Shown here in pieces: positions 41,488 through 50,462 of a stretch of 51,168 nt of DNA; positions within the stretch are counted from its first letter, which is position 1; the number at the start of each line of letters is the position of its first letter. The notes under the pieces were generated by a model. That model saw only the letters and a list, made by a program, of their open reading frames with translations. It did not search any database and was not told the DNA's origin. Source of the DNA: a virus. Location of the stretch: the IMG/VR virus record IMGVR_UViG_3300005831_000022, one strand, 5' to 3'. The position numbers and the translations under genes are program-made.

Positions 41488-42482
41488 ATGGACTTAAACG
41501 GAAGTAAAGAAATGTTAAAAACCCTTTTTATTATGGATTAGCATTTGAATACACGCAGGACAAAATAATTTGCCCTATACATTCAGATGTTAATCCATCC
41601 ATGAAAATTGATTATGAATCAGGCAGGTATTTTTGTTTTGGGTGTGGTGCAAGTGGAAACGTGTTACAGTTAATACAAGCTATAGAAAGTAAACACAATG
41701 ACAACGTGTTGAATGATTTACAAGCTTGTTTTAAAATGTACGAGATAACACACACAGACAAAACGAAACATATCACAAATGTAGTGCACACAAAACAAAC
41801 AAAAGCTTTACCACAATACCTTATTGAAGCAAAACACGATTATCATGGATTGTTAACAAATGACTGGAATGATGTGACGGATGAACACACATTACAAGCA
41901 AGACAATACATGAATGATAGAGGTTTTGACAACAATGTACTAAACAAAGCAAAAGCCAAATACACATACAACGCCCATTATCCTATCATGTTCCCTATAA
42001 CAGAAAATGATGTGTTTAAAGGGTACGTATGCAGAACAAACTTGAAGCATATAGAACAGAAAAGAAAGTACTTGTACAATAAAGGGTTTAGCAGAGAAAC
42101 AACGCTAGCAGGTACATACACAAGTAACAAGCCTGTGTATATTGTGGAGGGGTACATGGACATGTTAAAAATGAAAATGTTTGGTATAAAGAATGTTGTT
42201 GCGATACTAGGTTGGAAGATATCACAGAAACAAATACAAGCGTTAAAAAATGCAGGAGTTACAAAAGTAATATCCTGTTTAGATAATGATACGTGTGGTA
42301 AAAAGGGGACAGAATACCTTACGAAGTTTTTTAGTGTTATAAGGTTTCGTTTTCTTAAAGGCATAAAAGATATTGGAGAGTGTAACCAAATACAATTTTC
42401 CAAGATGTTAAATAAAACTAAAACTGACTATAAGGAGAACAAGAATTATGGGATTAATGGACAGAATCAAAGAAGAGAGTAA
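41488..42482 (+). CDS. DNA primase (CHC2 zinc finger + Toprim), frame-disrupted near the 5' end
   Basis: RBS GAGG plus ATG 41488 open a 17-codon frame. The zinc-finger half CPIHSDVNPS is encoded in the -1 frame from 41508 with no start codon before ATG 41601. CFGCGASGN and Toprim (VYIVEGYMD, CLDNDTCGKKG) follow. Confidence 0.7.
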
Positions 42483-43212
42483 AAAAGCAGGAACGAACAA
42501 AGGTAAAATTCTAATGGTGGGTACAGGCGAAAAGAAACGTATTCGCTTTTTGCAGGAACTAGATGATGGTATGGAATTAAAGTTTCATGCGTCGTATGAA
42601 AAAGGTGTAAACGCTTTATGTGGCGAAGAGTACGGAAAAAGTTGTCCGTATTGTGGTGATGAAGATTACAAAGGAAAAACCATGTTTGCGTGGAGCGTAT
42701 ACGACACAGACGAAAAGCAAGAGAAAGTAATGTTCTACGGTGTTACACGCTGTACTCCTGTTACGCAACTTGTAGCCTTATCCAATGCGTATAAAACAAT
42801 AATGGATAGAGATTACGTACTATCAGCATCAGGAACAAAAATGGACAAACAATTCCAAGCGATTGGAATGGATAAAGTAAAATTCAGAAATGATAAAGTT
42901 AAAGCAATGTCAAAATCAGCCATATTAAACGTAATCAAAAAAGCTTATCCAATCGATACAGATGATATCGAAGAGGATGACGATGATATAGAAGAGAAAG
43001 CAACACTAACAAAGAAAAACAAGAGTACAGATACAGATGATAAGTATGATGGATTATCAGCAAAGAAAATTTATGATATCTGTATTGAAAAAGGTATTGA
43101 CGTTCCTATCAGAAAAGAACGTGAGTACTACATACAAGAAATACAAGAGTTCGAAAAGCAACACGAGAAGTGGGGCGAAGACGAAGATAATGAAGATGAA
43201 TGGGAACAGTAG
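42448..43212 (+). CDS. gp32-like zinc-containing ssDNA-binding protein with a HeH motif and acidic tail
   Basis: KRIRFLQELDD...KFHASY...C...SCPYCG parallels T4 gp32 (IRFLP...H.F...C...CPVC). C-terminal LSAKKIYDICIEKGIDVP... then EDEDNEDEWEQ. Confidence 0.55.
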   Translation: MGLMDRIKEESKKAGTNKGKILMVGTGEKKRIRFLQELDDGMELKFHASYEKGVNALCGEEYGKSCPYCGDEDYKGKTMFAWSVYDTDEKQEKVMFYGVTRCTPVTQLVALSNAYKTIMDRDYVLSASGTKMDKQFQAIGMDKVKFRNDKVKAMSKSAILNVIKKAYPIDTDDIEEDDDDIEEKATLTKKNKSTDTDDKYDGLSAKKIYDICIEKGIDVPIRKEREYYIQEIQEFEKQHEKWGEDEDNEDEWEQ

Positions 43213-43285
43213 TAATATCATAAAATTAAATTCAGGCGATTGAGTGGGTAACACCACTCTTTTGTTTAATATGGGAGGATTTACA

Positions 43286-46018
43286 ATGATTGATTTACAC
43301 AGACATGATGAATACAGTGTATTTGATGGGTTCGGAAAACCTAGCGAGCTTGTCAAGACAGCAAAGAAAAAAGGTTACACAATGTTATCTATTACAAACC
43401 ACGGTACAGTGTCGGGATGGGTACAACATTACAAGGCATGTAAGCAGGAGGAAATGGGATGTATATTAGGTGCAGAAGTATACTTTAAGCCAGTGTTTAC
43501 AGAAACACGTAGACCATACCACCTGTGCTTATATGCGAAGAACTTCACAGGGTACAAGAATATAAATAAGATACTGACAGAAGCAGAAAACAACAAGTAC
43601 TATCAAGCAACGGTTACCTTTGATATCTTAGAAAAGTATAGTGATGGTGTTATATGTTCAACAGCGTGTGTAGGTTCTTATACTTCACAATGCATTGCAA
43701 GTGACAACACACCATTAGCACTTAAATCGTTACAGAAGTTAAAAGAAATATTCAAACAAGACTTGTACGTAGAGATACAACCATATGCATTACATGGTAC
43801 GGATGGAATGGGTTTACAAGAGAAAGTAAACATAACATTAATTAAGTTAGCGAAGCAATTAAAAATCAAGTGTATTCTTACATCAGATAGTCACTATGGT
43901 GATAAATCAGATTTTGATACATACTTGATTCTTAACGAGATAGCAGGCAAAGACCTAGCACACACTACAGATACCTATAAAGATAGATATATGCCTAACA
44001 TTGACGATTTATACTATAGGTTCATAGAATTGCATCAAGGCGACTTTAAAGACGTTACAACCCTATCAAGGGAAATGTGTAACAATACGGACGAACTAGG
44101 AAGCAAGATAGAACAAAACATACTTGACAACCTAGTCTTGAAGATGCCAAAAGTAGACAAGGTAGAAAAAGGTAAAACTTCAAAGGACACAATTATTGAA
44201 GCTGTAATTACAGGCTTGAAAAAACGTGGTAAGTATAAAGATAACTATATCAAGCGTTGTAAGGAAGAAATAAAAGTAATTCTTACATTAGGTTATGAAG
44301 ATTACTTTTTGATTGTATCCGATTACGTTAAGTTTGCAAAAGAAAATAAAATTGCTGTTGGTGGTGGGCGTGGTTCATGTTGTAATTCACTTGTATGCTA
44401 TGCGTTGTATATAACAGAAGTCGATAGCTTATTGTATAACTTAGAGTTTAGGCGTTTCTTAAGAGAGGACAGAAAGAAACTACCTGATATCGATTTAGAT
44501 TTTGAAACGTTTCGACGTGATGAAGTAATTGAGTATCTTACTAACAAGTACCCCACACAGTCAGCAAAAGTATGTAACTATGGATTTTACAGGGTTGACA
44601 ACCTAGTAAACGATTTAGCGAAAGTATGTAACGTGGATGATAAGAGTACGATTTCAGAAATAAAAGGTTGGATTAAGACAGAACTAATGGATGAAGAACA
44701 AACAACGGTAAAATCACTTGAACAGATAACAAGTGACAAAGGACTTTACTATCAGTATGAAGCTTACAATAAGTATTATAATAACATTATCAAACACTTT
44801 CTTAAGTTGAACTTGAAGTTACGTTATATCGGTTCAAATGCGTCAGGTGTTGCCATTACATCAGGTAACATAATTGATTACACAGCCTTAAGAAAAGATA
44901 AGAACGGTAACATGTTCACATACTATGATTTAGCTGACTTGAATGATATCAATGTAATCAAGTTCGATATATTGGGTTTACGCACAATGTCAGTTATAAG
45001 TGAACTAAGAACGTTAACAGGTAACACAGAGTTCGACGATAAGCATGTAAACGATAAGAAGTTACTACAAGCGTTTACAAATGGTGAAACAACAGGAGTT
45101 TTTCAGTTCGGTACACGCACACCAACAAAGCTATGTGAAGAAATACATGTTGATAGTTTTATGGACGCTGTAGCAATAACAAGTATTAACAGACCTGCAT
45201 CACTTAAAAACAAAATGCACAAACAATATAAGAGTAACAAAGAGGATGCAGAAGCGTGGAAAGATACAATGTACTCACGTTACACTAAGGATTCACATGG
45301 ATGTATTATTTTCCAAGAACAGGTTATGCACATCTGTGTTAACATTGGAGGCCTTACATGGAACGAAGCCGACATTGTAATTAAGTTAGGTAATAACGCA
45401 AAGTCTTCTAGTGCGTGGGAAAAGAACGTTAAGAACTACGAAGAACTTAACACAAAATTTCTAGCAGGTGCGTTGAATTACGGAATGACACGTACACAGG
45501 CACAAGAACTATTTGATTCTATTACGGAGTACGCCTTTAACAAAGGTCATGCAGTAGGTTACACACTGATATCGTTCGAGGAGATGTATTACAAGGTGTA
45601 CCACCCACTGGAGTATTGGTACACTAAGATTAAGTATGTACAGAAAGAGGAAGAAGTTAGAAAGCTAACAGAAAAAGCTGTGTTTGGTGGTTGTGTTGTG
45701 TTCCTAGCACATGTTAACTATTCACAAGTAGATACACACTTACGAAATGTAAAAGAAGAGGGCAAATGTATTCAAGAGGGTCTACGTTCTGTTAAGGGCG
45801 TTGGTGATTTAGCATCAAAAGAAATCATGAAAGAACGTATGAAGAACGGTATCTTTACGTCATACGATAATTTCTATGATAGGTGCTATGGTAGAGTAAC
45901 AAACAAAAGAGTGGTGAACGCATTACTTGAATCAGGAGCACTAGAATTTAATCACTCAATCTATATACAACGTGTAACACAGTACAACAGACACTTATAC
46001 GGTAGGGGGATGAAATAA
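43286..46018 (+). CDS. dnaE: DNA polymerase III alpha-type (DnaE family) replicative polymerase with a PHP domain
   Basis: PHP domain IDLHRHDEYSVFDG...ITNHG. Palm region GGGRGSCCNSLVCYALYITEVD...LPDIDLDFE. Also FDILGLRT, GVFQF, NRPA, IFQEQVM and NKGHAVGY. ATG 43286 follows GGGAGG. Confidence 0.9.
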   Translation: MIDLHRHDEYSVFDGFGKPSELVKTAKKKGYTMLSITNHGTVSGWVQHYKACKQEEMGCILGAEVYFKPVFTETRRPYHLCLYAKNFTGYKNINKILTEAENNKYYQATVTFDILEKYSDGVICSTACVGSYTSQCIASDNTPLALKSLQKLKEIFKQDLYVEIQPYALHGTDGMGLQEKVNITLIKLAKQLKIKCILTSDSHYGDKSDFDTYLILNEIAGKDLAHTTDTYKDRYMPNIDDLYYRFIELHQGDFKDVTTLSREMCNNTDELGSKIEQNILDNLVLKMPKVDKVEKGKTSKDTIIEAVITGLKKRGKYKDNYIKRCKEEIKVILTLGYEDYFLIVSDYVKFAKENKIAVGGGRGSCCNSLVCYALYITEVDSLLYNLEFRRFLREDRKKLPDIDLDFETFRRDEVIEYLTNKYPTQSAKVCNYGFYRVDNLVNDLAKVCNVDDKSTISEIKGWIKTELMDEEQTTVKSLEQITSDKGLYYQYEAYNKYYNNIIKHFLKLNLKLRYIGSNASGVAITSGNIIDYTALRKDKNGNMFTYYDLADLNDINVIKFDILGLRTMSVISELRTLTGNTEFDDKHVNDKKLLQAFTNGETTGVFQFGTRTPTKLCEEIHVDSFMDAVAITSINRPASLKNKMHKQYKSNKEDAEAWKDTMYSRYTKDSHGCIIFQEQVMHICVNIGGLTWNEADIVIKLGNNAKSSSAWEKNVKNYEELNTKFLAGALNYGMTRTQAQELFDSITEYAFNKGHAVGYTLISFEEMYYKVYHPLEYWYTKIKYVQKEEEVRKLTEKAVFGGCVVFLAHVNYSQVDTHLRNVKEEGKCIQEGLRSVKGVGDLASKEIMKERMKNGIFTSYDNFYDRCYGRVTNKRVVNALLESGALEFNHSIYIQRVTQYNRHLYGRGMK

Positions 46019-46019
46019 C

Positions 46020-46268
46020 ATGGGGATAAAAAGATTACATTCTGCAATTGAGAAATTAAAAGATAAGTATCCACTAGAAACTATTGTATACGCCTTTGAC
46101 ACGTATACCACCCAAGGAAGCCTTTTAATCTATAACAGTATAGAAGATGTGGCATGGTTCAAATCAGAGTGGGATGGGGCGTGTAAGATGTTCACAGGTG
46201 ATAAGTTCCTACAGTGTAAAGAAAAAATGTATATGAAAGAGGGTTTAACAGATGGCGAAGACCAATAA
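46020..46268 (+). CDS. Hypothetical protein (82 aa)
   Basis: RBS GGGGGA upstream of the ATG. Confidence 0.55.
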   Translation: MGIKRLHSAIEKLKDKYPLETIVYAFDTYTTQGSLLIYNSIEDVAWFKSEWDGACKMFTGDKFLQCKEKMYMKEGLTDGEDQ

Positions 46269-47292
46269 AGCGAAAATATTGGAGTTGTGCAACACTATTA
46301 ACAAAAAGAGTGGTGATGGTACACTTTACCAACTAGGAAGCAAACATGAAGTACTAAACGTTCCTAGATGGAGTACAGGCATACAAGACCTAGATAATAT
46401 AATTGGTGGTGGAATACCCGAGGGAAGAGTTATAGAGATAAGTGGAGCAGAGAGCAGTGGTAAGACAACATTATTACACCATTTACACAGCTTGCATGAA
46501 ATGTGTTTACACATGCCTGTGGAGGGTACGTTTGACGCAAGCAGGGCAAGAGCATTTGGTAACGATAAGAATCTTAATATCTTTCGTGCTTCCTGTGGTG
46601 AAGATGCAATGAATCAAACGTTGTTATTTGCACAAGCAGGAATGCCACTAATAACAATCGATTCTGTACCGTCACTAGTACCAAGGGATGACATGGAAAA
46701 AGTTAATAAGGGTGCAAGTAAGAACACAGTGGAAGAACAACGATTAGGAGGTATCGCACGACTACTCACAAAGATGTTACCATCCATAGAGGATGCTTGT
46801 GCAATTACAGGAACAACAGTAATATTTACCAATCAATTAAGAGATAAAATGAACGCCCAGCCTTTTGGAGAGAAAACACAGACAACAGGAGGTCACAAGT
46901 TAAAGCACGCTTGTAGTATTCGTTTGCAGATAGCACGTAAGAAGTGGATAGAGATACCAAATAACAACCCTAGCAATTCAGCACAAATGGAAAAGGTAGG
47001 TTTGATTATGAAAGTAAAGGTTGCTAAGTCCAAAGTATGCAACCCGTTCGGTGAATGTGAGTTGCCTTTATTCTTTCATTGTGGGTTCGTTTCCTTTGAT
47101 GAAGTTCCATCTATAAGAGCCGACTTGATGAAGACAAGTAAAGAGTTTTGGAAGAAGAACAAAGTCATCCCAATGAGCACACTAGAAGAAGAGGAAGCCG
47201 ATGAATGGGATGGAATGAGCGAAGATGATGACAATGAACGCACAACCTTTTGGAGAGAAGATGAAGAAAATGAAGACGATTGGAGTGAATAA
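46252..47292 (+). CDS. recA: RecA-family recombinase with an acidic Trp-containing tail
   Basis: GGGIPEGRVIEISGAESSGKTTL (compare RecA GRIVEIYGPESSGKTTL), ITIDSVPSLVP, VIFTNQLRDKM, TTGGHKLKHACSIRLQI. Confidence 0.85.
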   Translation: MAKTNKAKILELCNTINKKSGDGTLYQLGSKHEVLNVPRWSTGIQDLDNIIGGGIPEGRVIEISGAESSGKTTLLHHLHSLHEMCLHMPVEGTFDASRARAFGNDKNLNIFRASCGEDAMNQTLLFAQAGMPLITIDSVPSLVPRDDMEKVNKGASKNTVEEQRLGGIARLLTKMLPSIEDACAITGTTVIFTNQLRDKMNAQPFGEKTQTTGGHKLKHACSIRLQIARKKWIEIPNNNPSNSAQMEKVGLIMKVKVAKSKVCNPFGECELPLFFHCGFVSFDEVPSIRADLMKTSKEFWKKNKVIPMSTLEEEEADEWDGMSEDDDNERTTFWREDEENEDDWSE

Positions 47293-47531
47293 TGGGAAAA
47301 CTAGAACAATCTATATTAGAAGATTTACAGAAACATGATAGTAAAATCACAGCGATAGCATATAGTAGAGTAATACACGCAGTAGAAAAAGAAATGGAAA
47401 AGATGTACATGGGTTCATCCCTGTCACTCCTTAAAAGTGATACATACAAACATTGTATTAAGTTAGTAACAGACCTAGCACAATCAGAGAACATAACACT
47501 TGTAGATGGGAGGGATAAAGAAAATGAGTAA
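47292..47531 (+). CDS. Hypothetical protein (79 aa)
   Basis: ATG overlaps the upstream stop (TAATG). Confidence 0.5.
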   Translation: MGKLEQSILEDLQKHDSKITAIAYSRVIHAVEKEMEKMYMGSSLSLLKSDTYKHCIKLVTDLAQSENITLVDGRDKENE

Positions 47532-47859
47532 CGAACAATTACAACTGTTTTGTAACGTAGCCATAGCAATAAGTAAAACAGTTACACCAGTCACAGACTA
47601 TATAAGTTGTTGCATAGCTATAAAGGATAACACTGTAGTAGCACACTACACAGACACACCAACAACACCAGTATTGATTAACATGCTGATGCATGAGCGT
47701 ATAAAAGACTTACAAGGATGTGATATAATATGCACGTCAGACCACAACCAAAATGGAGAAAATAGGTTTTATGTTCCTTTTGTAAGCAGGGAGATAGTAG
47801 CAGTCCTTGATAGGTACAATATAAGGTTATACAACAGGAATGGATTGATAAGCCTATGA
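47524..47859 (+). CDS. Hypothetical protein (111 aa)
   Basis: ATG 8 nt after GGGAGGG. Confidence 0.5.
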   Translation: MSNEQLQLFCNVAIAISKTVTPVTDYISCCIAIKDNTVVAHYTDTPTTPVLINMLMHERIKDLQGCDIICTSDHNQNGENRFYVPFVSREIVAVLDRYNIRLYNRNGLISL

Positions 47860-48713
47860 GCATAACGGATAATATTAAACAGCAAGCTAAAAGGACGCAC
47901 ACAGCTATACAAACACATGATAGCATACAGTTAAATGGTATAATCAATAAAATGTTTTATTTACCACGTAACGTACAGAAAGAAACGGAGTTCATCAAGC
48001 ACGTAATGACAAGAGGACAGGAACAGACAGAAAGATGGGGTTTACATGCATCTAGTTTAATTACAAGTGAAGCACAGTTTTGTATACGTTCCTGCGTGTT
48101 ATCATTAATCTACAAGCAGTTACAAGGAAGTGAGATAAACATAAACTTAATGCGTATATTCGAAGAGGGTAACGCTTGCCACGAAAAGTATCAACGTATG
48201 TTTATCAGAGCAGGTTATAGCCAGCCTACAGACCTAGATAGAACTTGTTATAATAAAAAGTACATGATACAGTTTTCCCCTGATATAATATGCAACATTC
48301 CACAAATACATGATAGTCCTATAGTGGGTGAAATAAAGACGCAGAACTCACATATATACGCCAAACAAACAGTGCATGACAGTGGTATGAAGCAAGCAAA
48401 GTTATATATGCATCTGACAGGATTAACAAAGGCTTTTGTGCTTGTAGAGAGTAAGAATGACCAAGAGTTCAAAACGTACCTATACGACTACGATATAAGG
48501 GATGTAATGGTGTACATACAGCGAGCAGAAGCAATAATGAAAGCTTATCATCTGTTAATGGATAAAGGTAAGCTAATCAACAGAAAGAACGATTGTACAG
48601 AGTATACATGCAAACGTGCACAAGGGTGTGCAATGAAAGATGTATGCTATAACAGAAGTAAAGAAAAGATTCCTGATAGTTGGTATCAGAGTATACAGAA
48701 AGACACATTCTAG
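47856..48713 (+). CDS. Cas4/RecB-like PD-(D/E)XK exonuclease with Fe-S cysteines
   Basis: SSLITSEAQFCIRSC, EEGNACHEKYQ, SPDIICN...IVGEIKT, QAKLYMHL. C-terminal cysteines are CTEYTCKRAQGCAMKDVC. Confidence 0.65.
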   Translation: MSITDNIKQQAKRTHTAIQTHDSIQLNGIINKMFYLPRNVQKETEFIKHVMTRGQEQTERWGLHASSLITSEAQFCIRSCVLSLIYKQLQGSEININLMRIFEEGNACHEKYQRMFIRAGYSQPTDLDRTCYNKKYMIQFSPDIICNIPQIHDSPIVGEIKTQNSHIYAKQTVHDSGMKQAKLYMHLTGLTKAFVLVESKNDQEFKTYLYDYDIRDVMVYIQRAEAIMKAYHLLMDKGKLINRKNDCTEYTCKRAQGCAMKDVCYNRSKEKIPDSWYQSIQKDTF

Positions 48714-48723
48714 TTAATAAAAT

Positions 48724-48784
48724 AATAAGCTATATAAGGCGTAAAGTAGGCTATCATGTAAAAGTGGTAGCTTATTTTATTTAA
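48724..48784 (+). terminator. Large-loop hairpin plus T-tract
   Basis: AATAAGCTA (48724..48732) pairs with TAGCTTATT (48768..48776), then TTATTTAA. Confidence 0.45.
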
Positions 48785-48821
48785 TCCCTTATATAAGGCA
48801 ATATGGAGGTTATAGAGGTAT

Positions 48822-49457
48822 ATGGGAACTATAGAACGGTATAATAAAATAGTAATAGGCATTGACCAATCCTTGAAGTGTACAGGTATAAGCATTGTAG
48901 CAGATGGCAAGATAAAGAACGTAGTGTCAGAATCATACAATGAGTGTAAAACAGATACAGATAAACGGTCAACACTATATAAACGTGTATACACAGCTAT
49001 ACATACAGCAAAACAAAGAAGTGATAACGTAATAGTCATAATGGAGCGTATACGTTTAAAGTCAGCAGGATTCATTGATATTAATGTTATCAAGGCTATG
49101 GCAGGATTGTGTTGTACAATAACAGACTGTTGTGTTAATAATGGTATACAAGCCTACACAGTTGATACAGCATCATGGAAAGCACAAGTTGTGGGTTCTG
49201 CTAAGAAACAGGATAACAGTTATGGTATAGACCCTAAGAAGTGGCTGACAATGAAATATCTTGTAAGCAATGGTTACGAACAGTATATACTACAGGAAGT
49301 ATCACCACGCAAGAAGACAAGTATAGTTAAGGTTGTACATAATAGTAATGGTACAGTCACACGTTATACTTACAATGATAATAAAGCTGACAGTATGTGT
49401 ATAGGATTATATGGCTTTATATCGCCTGATTTACAGAAGTTACACCCCGAGAAGTAG
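48822..49457 (+). CDS. RuvC-like Holliday junction resolvase
   Basis: VIGIDQSLKCTGISIV (first catalytic Asp), VIMERIRLKS (Glu), YNDNKADSMCIG (Asp). Confidence 0.6.
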   Translation: MGTIERYNKIVIGIDQSLKCTGISIVADGKIKNVVSESYNECKTDTDKRSTLYKRVYTAIHTAKQRSDNVIVIMERIRLKSAGFIDINVIKAMAGLCCTITDCCVNNGIQAYTVDTASWKAQVVGSAKKQDNSYGIDPKKWLTMKYLVSNGYEQYILQEVSPRKKTSIVKVVHNSNGTVTRYTYNDNKADSMCIGLYGFISPDLQKLHPEK

Positions 49458-49525
49458 AATAATATACCTAGATATATAGAATGGCTTTAAGGGGCATATA
49501 TGAGTATCACAAGGCTATATACAAT

Positions 49526-49606
49526 AAGCACCTACTAGTAATGATGTGTACACAACAGTTAATATGACATGTGTATATACTTGTTACTAATAGGTGCTTT
49601 TATTAT
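49526..49606 (+). terminator. Large-loop hairpin terminator closing the replication operon
   Basis: AAGCACCTACTAGTAA (49526..49541) pairs with TTACTAATAGGTGCTT (49584..49599) at 15/16 positions, then TTATTAT. Confidence 0.65.
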
Positions 49607-49682
49607 GTACTAATGTAATATGACACATAACAACACGTAATATACTACTAGTAAACAAGTATAACGTAACGTAATCAAGTAT

Positions 49683-49718
49683 GTGTTGTGTGTTAACTGT
49701 TGTGACGTGTTGTGTGTT
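49683..49718. repeat. Direct 12-mer repeat GTGTTGTGTGTT x2 (24-nt period)
   Basis: Copies at 49683..49694 and 49707..49718, plus a degenerate third copy following. Confidence 0.7.
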
Positions 49719-50086
49719 CATGTGTTACGTTGTATACCTGTTGTCAGATGTGACCTTATATATTTACTTTTATTGTAATAAATCCACACGTAATTATATG
49801 TATTTGTATATAGTAATACATGTGTTTCTATGTAAAAATGACGCATGTGAGCACCTTTAAAAGTATGTATTTTCACAAGGGCGTACTTGTAAAAGCATGT
49901 AGTTTTACCGTTTTCCACTTTTTTGTCAAGCCCTTTTTGACGATTTAATATTATTTAACATTTATCATATGTGACCACATGTAAACCCTATTGTTTCCTA
50001 CATTTGTTCGTTAATAAGTATGTAACAATACGCTATGTAACCACTGTTAACACTGTGTTGTCACTGTGTGCACACAAAAAAAGTTG

Positions 50087-50115
50087 TTGACAAAAAAAAC
50101 TTAAAGTGTTATCAT
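50087..50115 (+). promoter_or_regulatory. Sigma-70/sigma-A type promoter (extended -10)
   Basis: AAAAAAGTTG-TTGACA (50087..50092), 17 nt spacer, TGtTATCAT (-10 at 50110..50115). Confidence 0.8.
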
Positions 50116-50181
50116 ATTTTCAATACGTGGGGAACATGGGGTCAGGGGTGTGAGAGTGCTCCAGTGCGTTTGTGCGTGTAC

Positions 50182-50255
50182 GTGTCAGTGTCAATTCAAT
50201 TCTATTCGTTCTATTCTATTCAACTGTCTTTCAGACAGCATTACACATTCTATTC
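50182..50255. repeat. Iteron-like short direct repeats (GTGTCA x2; TTCTATTC x3 plus partial copies) flanking a small hairpin
   Basis: GTGTCAGTGTCA at 50182..50193. TTCTATTC at 50200, 50209 and 50248. Hairpin CTGTC-TTTCA-GACAG at 50224..50238. A further TATTCTATT lies at 50405. Confidence 0.65.
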
Positions 50256-50417
50256 TATTATATACATTCATTACATACATATACATACTATTGTTAATAC
50301 TATTTACATTCAATGTATAATACTATACATACACTTATAGTTATATACTCATAGTATAATAATAGTACTAATGGTGTATACTATCTATTAATAGTTAATA
50401 ACACTATTCTATTGTTT

Positions 50418-50462
50418 ACAATGTAATACTATATACATGTAGTATAATACACAATGTAATAC
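50418..50462. repeat. Direct 12-mer repeat ACAATGTAATAC x2 (33-nt period)
   Basis: Copies at 50418..50429 and 50451..50462. A degenerate copy CAATGTATAATAC lies at 50311. Confidence 0.7.

Noticed and set aside
43037-43243. 68-aa plus-strand ORF overlapping the 3' end of the SSB-like gene. The same applies to 34604..34870 inside the TMP gene.
   Set aside because: These are alternative-frame ORFs inside well-supported genes, with no RBS and composition-driven translations.
49718-49918. 66-aa minus-strand ORF with a TTGACA upstream on the minus strand.
   Set aside because: It has a GTG start with no RBS, a poor -10 and a low-complexity product. It would be the only minus-strand gene in the genome.
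50129-50148. Canonical intramolecular G-quadruplex.
   Set aside because: Only three GGGG tracts are present and no fourth G-run lies nearby. It is kept only as a compositional oddity within the origin-like region.
50068-50340. 90-aa plus-strand ORF in the non-coding region.
   Set aside because: It begins upstream of the 50087 promoter and runs through the iterons. It has a highly repetitive Tyr/Ile/His-rich translation and no RBS.
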